Assembly: GCA_964016885.1 (NCBI GenBank) | Contig: OZ024745.1 | Coordinates: 121,830,001-121,894,000, forward strand | Length of the DNA: 64,000 nucleotides | DNA from: Eledone cirrhosa | Lineage: Eukaryota | Direction of reading: 5' to 3' | Part shown: piece by piece, positions 51,325 to 64,000 of the stretch | How positions within the stretch are numbered: the first letter of the stretch is position 1 | How the letters are laid out: every line of letters starts with the position of its first letter | Program-made: the position numbers and the translations under genes | Notes under the pieces: model-generated | Seen by the model: the letters and a program-made list of their open reading frames with translations, nothing else | Databases searched by the model: none | What the model was told of the DNA's origin: nothing

Positions 51325-52280
51325 GCTTTCTTTATTAGCCACACAGGGCTTACATTAAGGAAACATTAAAGACAGTATAGAACAATACAGAGTTGGGCTT
51401 TTTTGTGTGAAATAGAATTTATAACAGAGACTAAGAAAATATACATTTAAATAGAACAAACATAACAAATTCCCCAAAGGTGAGGAGACTCAAAGGGTTA
51501 CTCATGGAGAAAGCCCACAAAAGCCACAGTCACCCTGATGACTAGGGCAAGTGCCCTCTCCCATTTGTCCTACAATACTACAGGTACACACTCAGGGTAG
51601 GCCCATTCACACAGGCCATTCTTGTCTCTCTCACCCACCTTTCAACAAACTGGCTGGAAAGCAGCACTTCTCTCTCCACCCTGATTTTCCTTTTCAGGTG
51701 AAACGTGAAAAAGTTAATGAGAGCATCGCCAAAGAGGAAGGTGCCTGTTTTCAACCTTTTCAGCATTGCCTGGACACTTGAGTGGATGCAGGACAGTTTC
51801 ATTGCCCTGCATGCATCTTGGACAGGTCTGGCTGATGGCACTTCTGTGCCTGTAGAGTTTATCCTGAACTGGCAAAGCTCCTCGGTAGTGCTGCCAAAGA
51901 GATGGGCTAGTTAATTTTTAGGAATATCTGAAGATGCCATAGCCTCAGTGCATGTTTGCACATCATTAGCTGTGGCATGCCCAGCCCTCCGTGTAGAGGG
52001 TGCTGACAACAGATGGACCACCTCACTGATCTAACCTGTTCCTTCCACAAGAGTGAACGGGGGGCAAGGCACGTCAATAAGGCAGTAAAAGATGACGGTA
52101 GATGATGGACGTGATTTACGTGTTCGCCACCTCTGCCCAACCTTTCAGGGATGGCTTCCAATCAGCCCGTTTCTGAGTGAGAGTGGCCACCCTGCTTGTT
52201 ACCTCGTCCCAGTTCTTATCCACCTGCAGGTCTGGTATGAAAAGACATTAAGCAACTTCACCGGTCACCTTGGTAATATT
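51325..52280 (-). mobile_element. L1/Tx1-like LINE 3' end
   Basis: HPLHGGLGMP; NFFTFHLKRKIRVERE...FVERW; AATAAA before an (ATT)n tail. Confidence 0.65.
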
Positions 52281-53284
52281 CTTAACCCTTTAGCATTTAA
52301 ACCGGCCATATTCAGCCAGAATTCTCTCACCTCATTCTGTTTAAACCGGCTGTAACCAGTTACTCATACTGATGTTGAGGTATTGTTCTCTAAATAATAT
52401 CAAAATCTCATAGACTCTATAAAGCCTTTACTAAGAAAATATAATAGTAAATATAGAGTAATGTGAATGCTAATGTGTTAACTAAATTTTTGAAGACTAT
52501 ATGGTGGAGTCCAAGTGGATCTCTAACCTCTCTTTTAACCAAGCCAGAGTAAAATTAGATGAGCTGTAGTTCGATTTTGTGCCTGGGAAAAGTACTACAG
52601 CTGCCCTCTTCTTAGTGAGGTAACTACAAGAGAAATTCTTAGCCAAGAATAAGTTGCTGTTGATCTAGAAAACACTTCTACTTCATTAATACTCCCACTT
52701 TGTAAACACACTGAGGGCGATTTATCTGCATGGAAACCGTCATTTTGGGAAGTTACTACTAACACTTTGTTTTTATATGGCATAGCTGCAATTATATATT
52801 TCAAATGAAAAAAAAAAATTTCTTCCAATGAATCGTGTCTATAATGGTAGTTAAGTCATGTTTCACGTTCGTTACAGAAAAATAACAATGAGGAATTGTT
52901 TCCCCTTGTTCAGTAACAAAGCGTCTTTTTTTTAATAACTATTTTTTTACGTGAAAAGAAAGCCATGTAAAGGTAGCAGAGATGTAGGCCCTACTACTGA
53001 TCAATGGTGTTATACGGAAAGATAAACTCTGGAACTATGTCATGAGAGAGGAGCTGGGTATAAAGAAAATCCTCAGAGTTATTGAGGAGGCCCAATTCAG
53101 ATGGTACAGTCACATCCGGTGTATGGAAGACAAATCTATAAAGTAATAAAATCTCCTGAGTCCTATGAACACATTCTTTAGTCTTAGAGCATCTTACATA
53201 CTTTATCTATTGATGTCTTTCTTAGAAACTCATCATCATTGTCTTTGTTTTTACATCCACTTTTTCATACTAGCATGGGTTGGA

Positions 53285-53472
53285 CAAGACGTTTGCTGGG
53301 AGTATTCTACAGTGGGATGCTCAATATAATTGTTTCTACTTTTGGCACAAGGCCAGCAATTATCCCAGTGTATTACTGGTACTTTACATTGGGATAATTG
53401 CTGGCCTTGTGCCAAAAGTAGAAACAATTATGTTGGGCATCCCACTGTAGAATACTGCCAGCAAACGTCTTG
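53285..53472. repeat. Palindrome, 88-bp arms, 12-nt loop, built from parts of two SINE families
   Basis: 53285-53372 versus 53385-53472. Confidence 0.93.
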
Positions 53473-55095
53473 GGATGCCCAACATAATACTAACCCTTAC
53501 TGGGTTTTTTGTAAGTATGGTACACATCTTTACATTTTGTTTATGCAGAACTTAAACAAACATCAGTGAAAACATACACACACACATACACACACATATG
53601 TGCACACACACATGTGCATGCACACATACACATGCGCACAGACATGTGTGCACACATTTATGAAGAAATAGCCTATCAAAATGTAAGTTAACTTTATATA
53701 TCCTGACAGGTTTGTTATATGAGGAAGGGAAATATCCATAACCTGATGGACTGTAGTTGTTATAATAATAATAATAATAATAATAATAGTTTCTTATATA
53801 GGCACAAGGCCAGCAATGCGTGACTGTTACTTTATTTTATCGACCCCGTAAGGATGAAAGGCAAAATAATAATGAAATTATTGTGTACAGTGCTCAGATG
53901 CACTACAACTCATCAAAGGTGAATGTATAGTACATAGAATAATGTACAAATGTCAGGGAAGTGAATAGTGTATGAGTCATGATATACATGTGTGCATGTG
54001 TATGGAGGGGGGACATCAGGTGTTTATGTATGTGGAAGGATTAAAGATCTGGATGGGAGCCTGTGGTAGTGGACACTTCCAACCTCCTTAGCCCCCCACC
54101 CCACCCCCGACCACATCCCTGCTATTGGAGCGGAGTTGGCTACCTTCAAGGGGGAGTGGCTGCTACTCCCACCATTTTTCCAAACATTTCATGCTAGTCT
54201 TTTGTCTTTAATGGCCCTATCTACAGTGCTGTTCCACCACCAGGTCACTCTCTGTCTGGTTGGAGCTTGGACTATGCTTGCTTCATTTCTCTCCAGCCGT
54301 CACATATCCTCCACAAGTTGCTGCCTATTTGTCACTGCCATGCAGTATCGTGCATCTCACACAGGCATCATATAACCGGCCTTTTGTTTGTAGGGAGTTC
54401 AAATCCCACGGAGGTCAACTTTGCCTTTCATCTTTCTGAGGTTGATGAAATAAAGTAACATTTAATTACTGGGGGGGGGGGGGTCGATTTAATTGACTTC
54501 CCCTCGCCCTCCTATATTTCTGGCCTTGTGCCTATATTAGAAAACAATATTACAACAACAATTAAAGCTATTACAACAATACTATTTACACACCAGCTGT
54601 ACATTATATGTAGACTTGTCTTTAGTCAATACAGTCCATTAAGCTGTACTATGTCTGAAAACATTGAAAAATTTCAGTATGTGTCATCACATAAACAAAA
54701 GAATAAAAAGAAAAAAAATCTATTAAGACTGTAGCGATAGAATTTATTTAGATGTAGTGGGAGAGATGAGTTGGCGATGTTAGTTGTACCGTGGTTTGTT
54801 CATTTGTGGATTGTTTTGTGATGTGGTCACATTTGTTTAGGGTATAGGTGAAGGAGATTGATGTGCCTGATACAATGTAACCAGAGATTGTGGGTGTGTA
54901 AGTGAGCTACAGTGTTCATGATGATGATGATATAATGATTTCTTGGGTCAGTGATTTACTCTGATCACATAGGTAATGAAATAAAAACCAAATTGCTACT
55001 TAAATATATTTATTAATTTAATAACCTGCTACGAGGCTATTGTTGACAATGTAGGAAAAGAAGGCTTTCGTTGTTATAGTATATGCATATTCCAT

Positions 55096-56760
55096 CCCGT
55101 TCTTACTTTGGCTACTGTACTTTCAAAACACCCACCTCCACTGCTAGTTTGGTCATCGAGGTAGCAGAAACTGTCTACTGTTTCTACAGAGCCCTCCCAG
55201 ACTTTGGTGACACTTGTTTCCTGTGGTCGTTTGCTGCTTACTGTCCCGGTGCAGTTGCTACATGTAAAGCCTAAATTTTTAGCTAAACTTCCTGAGATCT
55301 CGCTACATCTCTTGTGTACCCAGAATTTGCATTTGGGACAGAGGAAGGAATTTCTACCTACACATTTCTTTCATACTGAGCAAGGCCATTTCCCTGAGGG
55401 GATCAGGCTTTTGTTTTCTCTTCTACTTACAAAGACCTTAGTCTTTGTCAGGTTGACTGACCCCTTCTTTCTAGGCCCTGCTTCCATGTTTGGAATTTCT
55501 TCTCTAGTTCCACCATAGATTCAACTATAAGTGTAAGATCATCCACATACAGGAGTTCCCATGGGCATCCGGTCTTAAACTCCTCTGTTATAGCCTGCAA
55601 TACTATAATAAACAGGAGAGGGCTAAGAACAGAGCCCTGGTGGACACCGATCTATATGCTAAATTCCTCGCTATAGTCATTGTTAACCCTAACTTTGCTG
55701 ACCGCTCCCCTATACATGGCTTGTTCAGCCTTCACAAGCCACTTATCTACTCCTAGTTTTCTAAGCACCCACCAGATTATGGAATGGGGGACTCTGTCAA
55801 AAGCTTTCTCCAGATCAACAAATGCCAAGTAGAGCGGCTTACTTTTAGCTAGGTACTTTTCCTGCCACTGCTTCACCAGGAAGAGAGCATCAGTGGTGCT
55901 TTTGCCTAGTACAAATCCGAACTGCATCTCATCCAGATTTATCTGGTCCCTAATCAGCTGTGCTATAACTCTGTTACTTTCATGACCTGGACCATCAGCT
56001 TGATGTCTCTATAGTTTCCTCTATCTTGTGCATCTCCTTTACCCTTGTAGCAGTTGACAATGATGCTGCTGCGCCAATCATTTAGTATGATGGCATCTAA
56101 TATTGGTTTACAATACGTGTTGTTATGGTGTGACCTACCGACCCAGACGCTTTCAGCATTGCGGCAACTATTTCCGATGGACCAGCTGCTTTCCCAGCCT
56201 TCAATTAAATCCTTAATTGCCTTACTTACTAAACTGCTTCTGACTTGTACTGCTGGCCCCTCTGTAGGGTCCACTTTGGGTAGGGTCTCTTTCGCCCATG
56301 TAATTTCCTCATTTAGTAATTTTTCATAATGGCTTTTCCATGCAGCTTTCTTTTTGGCACCAGTGAGGGCAATTGCACCGTTATCGTCTCAGACACACTT
56401 CTGACCAATGACATAGCAATTTTCTCTAACACACTGCCTCGCAATCCTGAATACCTCCTGTTTTTGGTCATTACACAGTAAAACATGCTTAAATTTGTTA
56501 TCTTCTGCTTCCCTCCTGGCCTCTATATAGTGTACCCTGCTTCCCCTGTTTTTCCATGCCTGTCTCTTGGCCTTAATTGTCACATCTATGTTATTGTTCC
56601 ACTACCGGGACACTCTCCTCTCTGTAGTCTTGCTCCATCCACAGATCTTGTCTGTCATCTTCAGTATATTATCTTTCAGGAACTTCCAATGCTCTTCTAT
56701 ATTGAATGTCTCTATCTGTTCTTCTTTAGTGTCATAGGCGTCAAGCAAAATATATCTAAA
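55096..56760 (-). mobile_element. RTE LINE RT region (inverted relative to the adjacent 3' end)
   Basis: YKGKGDA...NYR.IKL; QFGFV.GKSTTDALF; AFVDLEKAFDRVP; VHQGSVLSPLLF; ELLYVDDL. Confidence 0.9.
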
Positions 56761-56764
56761 ACTG

Positions 56765-57060
56765 TTACTGGCTGAGTAGTGTGCAGGAGAGGAGACTGCG
56801 CTGGTAAGGACATTTGATGTGCATAGATGATGATCGCTGGATGAAGAAGTGCCAAATAATCCCAGTGGAAGGAAGCTGCAGATGAGGAAGACCAAGGAAA
56901 ACCTGGATGGAAGTGGTGAGAGCTGATCTCAGATCACTAATGCTCATGAAGGAGATGATAAATGAATGCAATTTGTGGAGAGATGCTGGACTGAGAAAGA
57001 CCTGTCCAACCCATGCAATCATGGAACAACAGACATAAATGATGATCATGATGATGATGG
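56765..57060 (+). mobile_element. RTE LINE 3' end with (GAT)n tail
   Basis: VQERRLRW*GHLM...RGRPRKTW. Confidence 0.85.
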
Positions 57061-58144
57061 TAATGGTGGTGGTGGTGGTGGTGGTGGTGGTGATTTATAT
57101 TTTTATATGTGTGACATGTGTATGTATATGTGATGGCTTGCAAATATGGTGGTGGTGATGATGATGATGATGATGATTTATATATGTGTGTGTATATGTG
57201 ATAGCTTGCAAAGATAAATATGAAACAATAAAAGTTTACATAAGTGCTTTGACATGATGGCAGCAACCTCTTAGCCAAGATAACATATTAACATATGAAA
57301 TGATTTATGAAACAGTTTACATTCTAATAATAGGTTTATTGCAATCAGTAAACATTAACAGTTTACTACAAACAACTAGCTAGAGTAAAATATCATTGGA
57401 TCTCCTTTCCTTTGCACATTGTAACTAAGCAACATAGACTATGAAAGCATATATCACTGCTGCAGTGTTGTCCATCAATCAATTTGATCGATAGAAACAG
57501 TCGACTGGACAAATGAGGGTGGGGGATTGGTGTTGGGTAGCAGTGGTGTTGTGGTGGGGTTAGGGTAAGATGTAGAGTGTCGAGTATGGTGGATGAAGTT
57601 AGTTTGGGTTCACGCTTACTTAGGTTGAATTACCAGTTGCTCTACTACTTAAATCATGCAGTATACTTAATGTAATGCACTGGCTTGTATTGATATACAA
57701 GAATAATTGTTGTGTTTTGTTGTTGTTGTTGATTATGATGGTAGTGGTGGTGGTTGTGGTGGTGGTGGTGGTAGTTTTGGTGGTGGTGGTGGTGGTGGTG
57801 GTGGTGGTGGTTATGACGGTTATGGTGATATTGGTGGTGTTGGTGGTGGCAGTGGTGGTGGTGTGTGTGTGTGTGTGTGGGGGGGGGGGGTTGTTAGTTA
57901 ATAATGATAATAATGATGGCAGCAGTGTTGGTAGTTGATAATGATAATAATTGTTTCTACTTTAGGCACAAGGCCAGCAATTACTCAGTGCATTACTGGT
58001 ACTTTATTTTATCGACCCCGTAAGGATGAAAGGCAAAGTCAACCTCGGCGGGATTTGAACTCAGATCGTAAAGGGACGTAACTATGCTGGAAAGCATGGC
58101 GTCCGACCCTCTACTGATACTGCCAATCCACTGATAATAATGAA

Positions 58145-58785
58145 ATGAAAATTATTGTGTACAGTGCTCAGGTGCACTTCAACTCAACAAAAGTGCATGT
58201 ATAGTACATAGAATAATGTACAAAAGTCATGAAAGTGAACAGTATTTGAGTCATGATACACACACACACACATGCGTGCGTGTATATGGAGGGGCAATAT
58301 CAGGTGTTATGTTGGCGAATTTCAGGAAGCATGGAAGTTTGTTCCAGGCTTCAGCAACTCTGAGCATGAAAAATGTTTCCGAATGTCATGGAAGCTGTAC
58401 TTTTTTCTGATTTTGTAGGCATGTCCACAGGTGTTAGACACATGGAATTCAAAAGGTTGCTCAGTGTTGTTGATGGCAAGATGGTTAATAATCTTGAGGG
58501 TGACTTCTAAGTTAGTTGCCAAACGTCAGAGCTTTAATGTATCCATGCCCATCTATGGTAGATACTTGATGGAGGGTTTGGTTGCACCTTTCGGAACAGT
58601 TTCCAGGAAGTCAATGTTCTGAGCAAGATAGGGGTTCCAGACTGATGATGTAAATTCTAAGTGTGGCCGCGCCATAGCTATATACAGCTTTAAATAGGTA
58701 GCTGGAGAGTGCCTGACAAAGGTCTTGCTGAGTGATCCCAAGATATCCTCGGCGTTCTTGACAATTTTAGAGATGTGCTTTATAA
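58145..58785 (-). mobile_element. CR1/L2-type LINE 3' end (3' UTR also at about 53870-54025)
   Basis: LKLYIAMARPHLEFTSSVWNPY...LETVPKGATK. Confidence 0.8.
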
Positions 58786-59384
58786 TGACGATAATGAATT
58801 AGGGTGAAGAGAATGATAAAAATGAAGATGATGATGATAACAAAAGTGTCACATATAGTGGTTTTATTGTAGTAGTAGTAGTAGTAATAGTAGTAGTAGT
58901 AGTAACTGTTGTTGTTATTGGTGGTGGTGGTGGTGGTGGAGAGGGGGTGGGGGTGCAACAGGAAAATACAAAAAGATTGCGTATATATGTGTGAGAGTTG
59001 TAGATACAAAGAATAGCAAACAGATGGAAACACATGCAGACACATGTGCATGCTTGGAAGCACATACACACATACACACACACATACACATGCATGCTTG
59101 CTTAGAAGCACATACACACATATATATAAATATGCAAGCAGGGAAAAGCGGACGTATGATGATGATGATGATGATGACATGCCTGCTTAGAAGCACACAC
59201 ACATACACACATATACATGTTTAGAAGAACACACACACAGATTACACACATATACATGTTTAGAAGAACACACACATACACATATATACATGTTTAGAAG
59301 AACTTTGTTTAATCTATCATACTGCATATCTCCTTTTCATTTTCATTGACTTTATGTCAACCCTCAAGGTTAATAAAGAAAACA

Positions 59385-59697
59385 TTACTAACATCTGTGT
59401 TACACCAACACCGAGTGTCACTAACATCTGTGTTACACCAACACCGAGTGTTACTAACATCTGTGTTACACCAACACCGAGTGTTACTAACATCTGTGTT
59501 ACACCAACACCGAGTGTCACTAACATCTGTATTACACCCAGTGTCACTAACATCTGTGTTACACTGAGTGTCACTAACATCTGTGTTACACCAACACCTT
59601 GTGTCACTAACATCTGTATTACACCCAGTGTCACTAAGATCTGTGTTACACCCAGTGTCACTAACATCTGTGTTACACCAACACCTTGTGTCACTAG
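59385..59697. repeat. Minisatellite of 33-bp and 27-bp units (actaacatctgtgttacacc[aacacc]gagtgtc)
   Basis: About 10 tandem units are visible. Confidence 0.95.
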
Positions 59698-62534
59698 CAG
59701 AATATTTGGGAAAAGTATCTTCAATGTATGGTATAGAATAGAACCTTAACTCCCGAAGGAGTCGTATGGACGCCATATTGACATACAACATTTCTTAGGG
59801 CATTTAAAACCTGGAGGAACTCATACCCTCTCTAGGTCTGAAAACAGCAGCTTTCTTCCAGAGAAGGATAGAGAGTGAGAAAAAGGAAGTGAGAAAGAGA
59901 TATAGATGAAGAATTGACCCCAGTACTCAACTGGTACTTCTTTTATCAAACTCAAATGGACGAGAGGCAAAGGTTGGGAAAAATGAAGTCTATCTTTATT
60001 GGAGGTGATATACATCTTACTAATTCATAAGTGATGATGTTTTCATAGCAGTAAAAGAATCAAATATAATGAACCAGGGGTTGTTTAAACCCTAGTCAGC
60101 TCTTACAAAAACAGAACTATGATTAAATGTATTCCAGCCTTGAGCATTCCAGATTTTTCTATGTATATCAGTGATTACATTCTCTATAGTATTTTTCTTT
60201 ATTATAGATGAGATTAGAGGAAGATTTGGCTGCTATTTCTAGCAAGTAGAACGATCCCACATAGGCTCCCTGAAGCAAGCTAGTACTGTGTTATACTGAA
60301 TAATATTTTACCTATCAGATAGATGAATGATGTTATTTTGGATGTGGTTTAGAATATTTGAGTATGTAATGGCAGCACCAACCCAGATAAGTCAACAGTA
60401 AGTTAATATAGAATTTGAAGGGATTAATTAAATTAATAATTGTTTCATTTTTAAAATGGTATTTTTAACGTAACTTAACAAAAAGTTCTAACATCAAATT
60501 ATGTTGGAAGATTTTAATTTAACCCTTTACTATTTATATTACTCTATATTTACTATTATATTTTCACAGTAAAGGCTTTACCTCACATAATATCGAATCT
60601 ATGAGATTTTGATATTATTTATTTCGAAAACAATACCTTAACATCAGTATGAGCGGCCAGTTACGGCCAGTTACGGTAAGAGGTAAGAGAATTCTGGCCA
60701 GATATGGCCAGTTTAAATCCTAAAGGGTTAAATAGACGGCCTTTAAAATTATATTTTTATTTCATAAAAACAGAGGCAGTTTGGGGCAGGCTGGTATCAG
60801 AAGGTTAAGATTGTTCATTTCACTATCATCAGATCCCAAATCTCACACTGTGAAATGTTAATTCTGCCTGAAAACGTATGTTAGGGGTACATGTGTCTGT
60901 GGAATACTCAGCCACTTACACACAAATACAATAAGCAGACAATATGTATGTATGGTCCCGTAACTCCTGATAGAGTTGTAGGGGCACTGTATTGACATAT
61001 GGTGTTTCTTGGACATTTTAAGCCTGGTGGAGCCCACCCCTCTCCAGACCTGTGTACAGCAGATTTCTTCCAGGGAAAGATAGAGAGGAAGAATTGACCC
61101 CAGTACTAGACTGGTACTTTTTTTATCGACCTTGAAAGGATGAAAGCGGGATTTGAACTGAGAGAGCAGAGAGCCAGAGCACTGTGAAGCATTCTATCCA
61201 ATGTTCTAACAGCTCCACCAATTCACCCCCTAAGCAGACAGTGTCATTGATGAAACAACTGAGTACTCATTGAAACTGATGGAGATCCATTTACATTTTA
61301 CACTCACACACACACATACATACATAAACACACACACACACACACATTTATATACATCATCATCATGAACGTCCATTTCCCATGCTAGCATGGGTTAGGC
61401 AAGTTGTCCTTTTGTGAGACAAGTCAAATCAGATGACCGTGTTTTGCTCGTACAGAACTGTTTCTGGCTTGGTTTCTACAGCTGGATGCTCTTCCTAACA
61501 CCAACCACATTTACAGTGTAGACTGGGTGCCCTTTAACGTGACATCAACATGACCATTTTAGTGTGGACTGGGCGCTTTTTGTCATTGCATCAAAACGAC
61601 TATTTTACAGTGTGAATGGGGCAATTTTTGTCATGGGACAGTGTGGACTGGGTGCTTTTGTTGTTGCCATCTTCTCACTTTACAGATCGGGCTGCGCATT
61701 TATTGTCATGTTGTGTCGCTAACACAAACACTCTACAGGGTAGACTGGGTGATTTTGTTGTGTCACCATCATGACTGTGACCTCCTTACAGGGCAAAATG
61801 GGTTCTCCCTGTTGATCCACCAACCTAACCACTCCACAGGGCAGACTGTACGCCTTCTGTTGTGCCACCAACATGACTACCTCTCAGGGGGGACTGGTCG
61901 CTAACCTGTCATGCACCAGCATGACCACCCTGCAGGGAGGGTTAGGTGCTCTTTTGTCGTGCTACCTAAAAGAGAGGGCTCAGTGCTCTTTGGTCATGAC
62001 ACCAACATGAGCACCTTATATGGTGGACTAAGGGCTTTTGTTGTGTCACCAGCATGCACACCTTACAGGATAGATTGAGAACTTTCAGCCACCCCAGCAG
62101 CATTATCAGAGAGTGTGTTCGGCTTTCCATACTTGTATACATGGGTTGGTTAAAAGTGGTGCATCAGATGTGAAAAGTGGGGGAGGGTGACTGTGTATGT
62201 AGGCTGGGGATTAGAGAAGTAGGTCTAGGATGGGGTACTTAGCTAGTGAAGGGTGGAATGATTACAATGTGGGAGGAGTATGAAAATAAGAGGGGGAGAT
62301 GTGGTACCTACTAGAGACCACTAGATGTTGCTTCATCCTGTGTACATGGGAAGGTGGGTCTTCTGCAGTACTGAATAATGCCGGAGATCTCGATCTTTGT
62401 GGGGTGCAATTGTGTGAGGTCAGTTTTTATCACCTCATCTTAAATTTTCCTAGATCTGCCTCTTCCATAGCTTCCATCTACTTTAAGTGCCCTGTACCCT
62501 TTTATACGGCTGTCACACATACATAAACACACAC

Positions 62535-62628
<94 letters not shown>

Positions 62629-62767
62629 TGGAAAGGCTTCAAACAACGAAGTTCAGGTAGACATAACCATTGGTACATGATAGAAGCCACACATTGGCTT
62701 TTTGTAAAAAAGAAGGACATATGAGGTACATAACCCAATTGCAATCTTTAGTCAATGTTTAGCAAAT

Positions 62768-63460
62768 ACTAGACCACCTGTGACCCGTTGGGTCACGTTC
62801 ATTACAAAATATAAAAAAAAAATTATGTTCACTTAAAAATAAATTTTAAATAATTAAAATATACACAGACATGTATATAATGGGAAATGAAACCGGAAGG
62901 CCCATATATATACGTGTGTGTATGTATATATATATAAATGTGTGTGTATACATATATACATATGTATGTGTGTGTATATATATATGTGGGTGTCTGTGAT
63001 CTATATACACTGGTCATAGACACATACACACACACATATATACACACACACACTCACATATATATATATATATACACAACCACACCATCAGCTCTCTCTC
63101 TCTTCCATTCTCCTTCTCTGTCTCCTCTCCCCTCTCTATGTCTCTCTTTCAATCTACTCTCTCACAACCACTATCTCTTTCTCTCTGTCCTTCTCTCTCT
63201 CTGTTTATGAAGGTACCCAAAAAACCCCATATCTCGGGAACCCGTGCTCTGATTTACTTGAAACTTGTTTTATTCCATTTGTATTCCCATTTCAGAAAAA
63301 ATTTCCTTTCAAAGTATTTTCTTATTATGCTCCCTTTTGGCTGTATTACATTACAGACAAACAAGCAAACAAGCAAACATGCAAGCAATCACAGAATTTT
63401 TCCCTGCAAGCAGGGAAAAGCAGACATAGAATGATGATGATGATGATGATGATAGATAGA
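62768..63460 (-). mobile_element. Helitron-like non-autonomous repeat
   Basis: Minus-strand 3' end with hairpin gtgaccc..gggtcac then CTAG; microsatellite-rich body. Confidence 0.45.
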
Positions 63461-64000
63461 TGTATTATTTTTGGAGATTTAATGAAAGTATTAATTACTT
63501 TCGTGGTGCACTTTTTAAAATTTCAATTCATTTTATTTTATTTCCACATGAGAGAAACCCGTCTATTAAGTTAAGCAGAAGCAACTTTGAAGGCTTATTT
63601 CTAAATTCCCATATGTTCTTTATTTCCTTTTGTGTTATTAATTCTTCTTTGTTGAAACAACACCAAAATGTATAACAGACAGCCAGTTAGGTAGGTAAGT
63701 AAGTAGTTTGGTAAGTTAGAATAATTTTTGGCTCACTGAGACTGTTTAGCTGTTCATGTAATTAAAGTAAAGATTTATGGTGATAGCATTTGCCTGAAAA
63801 TAACTAATCTCTATGATCTGATGATAATGAAGATTTTCCACCTGGCAAATATTAATCCATGTGTAAGGAAGATATTATTACACCCAAGGGCGGCGGATTG
63901 GCAGAATTGGTAGAGCGTCGGATACCATGCTTCAAGGCGGAGAGTTGTGGCCCTTTACATTCTGAGTTCAAATCCTGCCGAGGTTAGCTTTGTCTTTCAT

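Noticed and set aside
52595-52828. Minus-strand ORF that looked like a terminal exon
   Set aside because: It overlaps a + strand RTE remnant (FVPGKSTTAALFLVR*LQEKFLAKNK) and has no recognisable homology.
59385-59697. CRISPR-like array
   Set aside because: Tandem units with no unique spacers, in a eukaryotic context.

Overview
This is AT-rich, microsatellite- and transposon-dense eukaryotic DNA. The SINE/LINE repertoire suggests an octopus (inferred from repeat families only). Three complete spliced genes can be assembled by eye: TBCA (+, 4 exons, 28409-40365, 110 aa), NUBP1 (-, 2 exons, 46292-42370, 323 aa) and a C5orf63/YDR286C-type glutaredoxin-like gene (+, 2 exons, 46467-47401, 115 aa). 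NUBP1 and the glutaredoxin-like gene are head-to-head, 174 bp apart. A short minus-strand exon absent from the ORF track (11454-11338) encodes the start of a myosin motor domain; its next exon was not found in the window. The remainder is decayed mobile DNA: two tRNA-derived SINE families; RTE, CR1/L2-type, R4-like, Tx1-like, CRE-like and Penelope-like retroelements; gypsy and copia pieces; hAT, piggyBac-type, mariner and Helitron-like elements. The most notable non-genic signal is a cluster of hammerhead-ribozyme motifs and near-perfect fold-back palindromes between (TA)n tracts at 6.4-8.5 kb. All calls come from reading the sequence; no searches or folding programs were run, and repeat boundaries are approximate.
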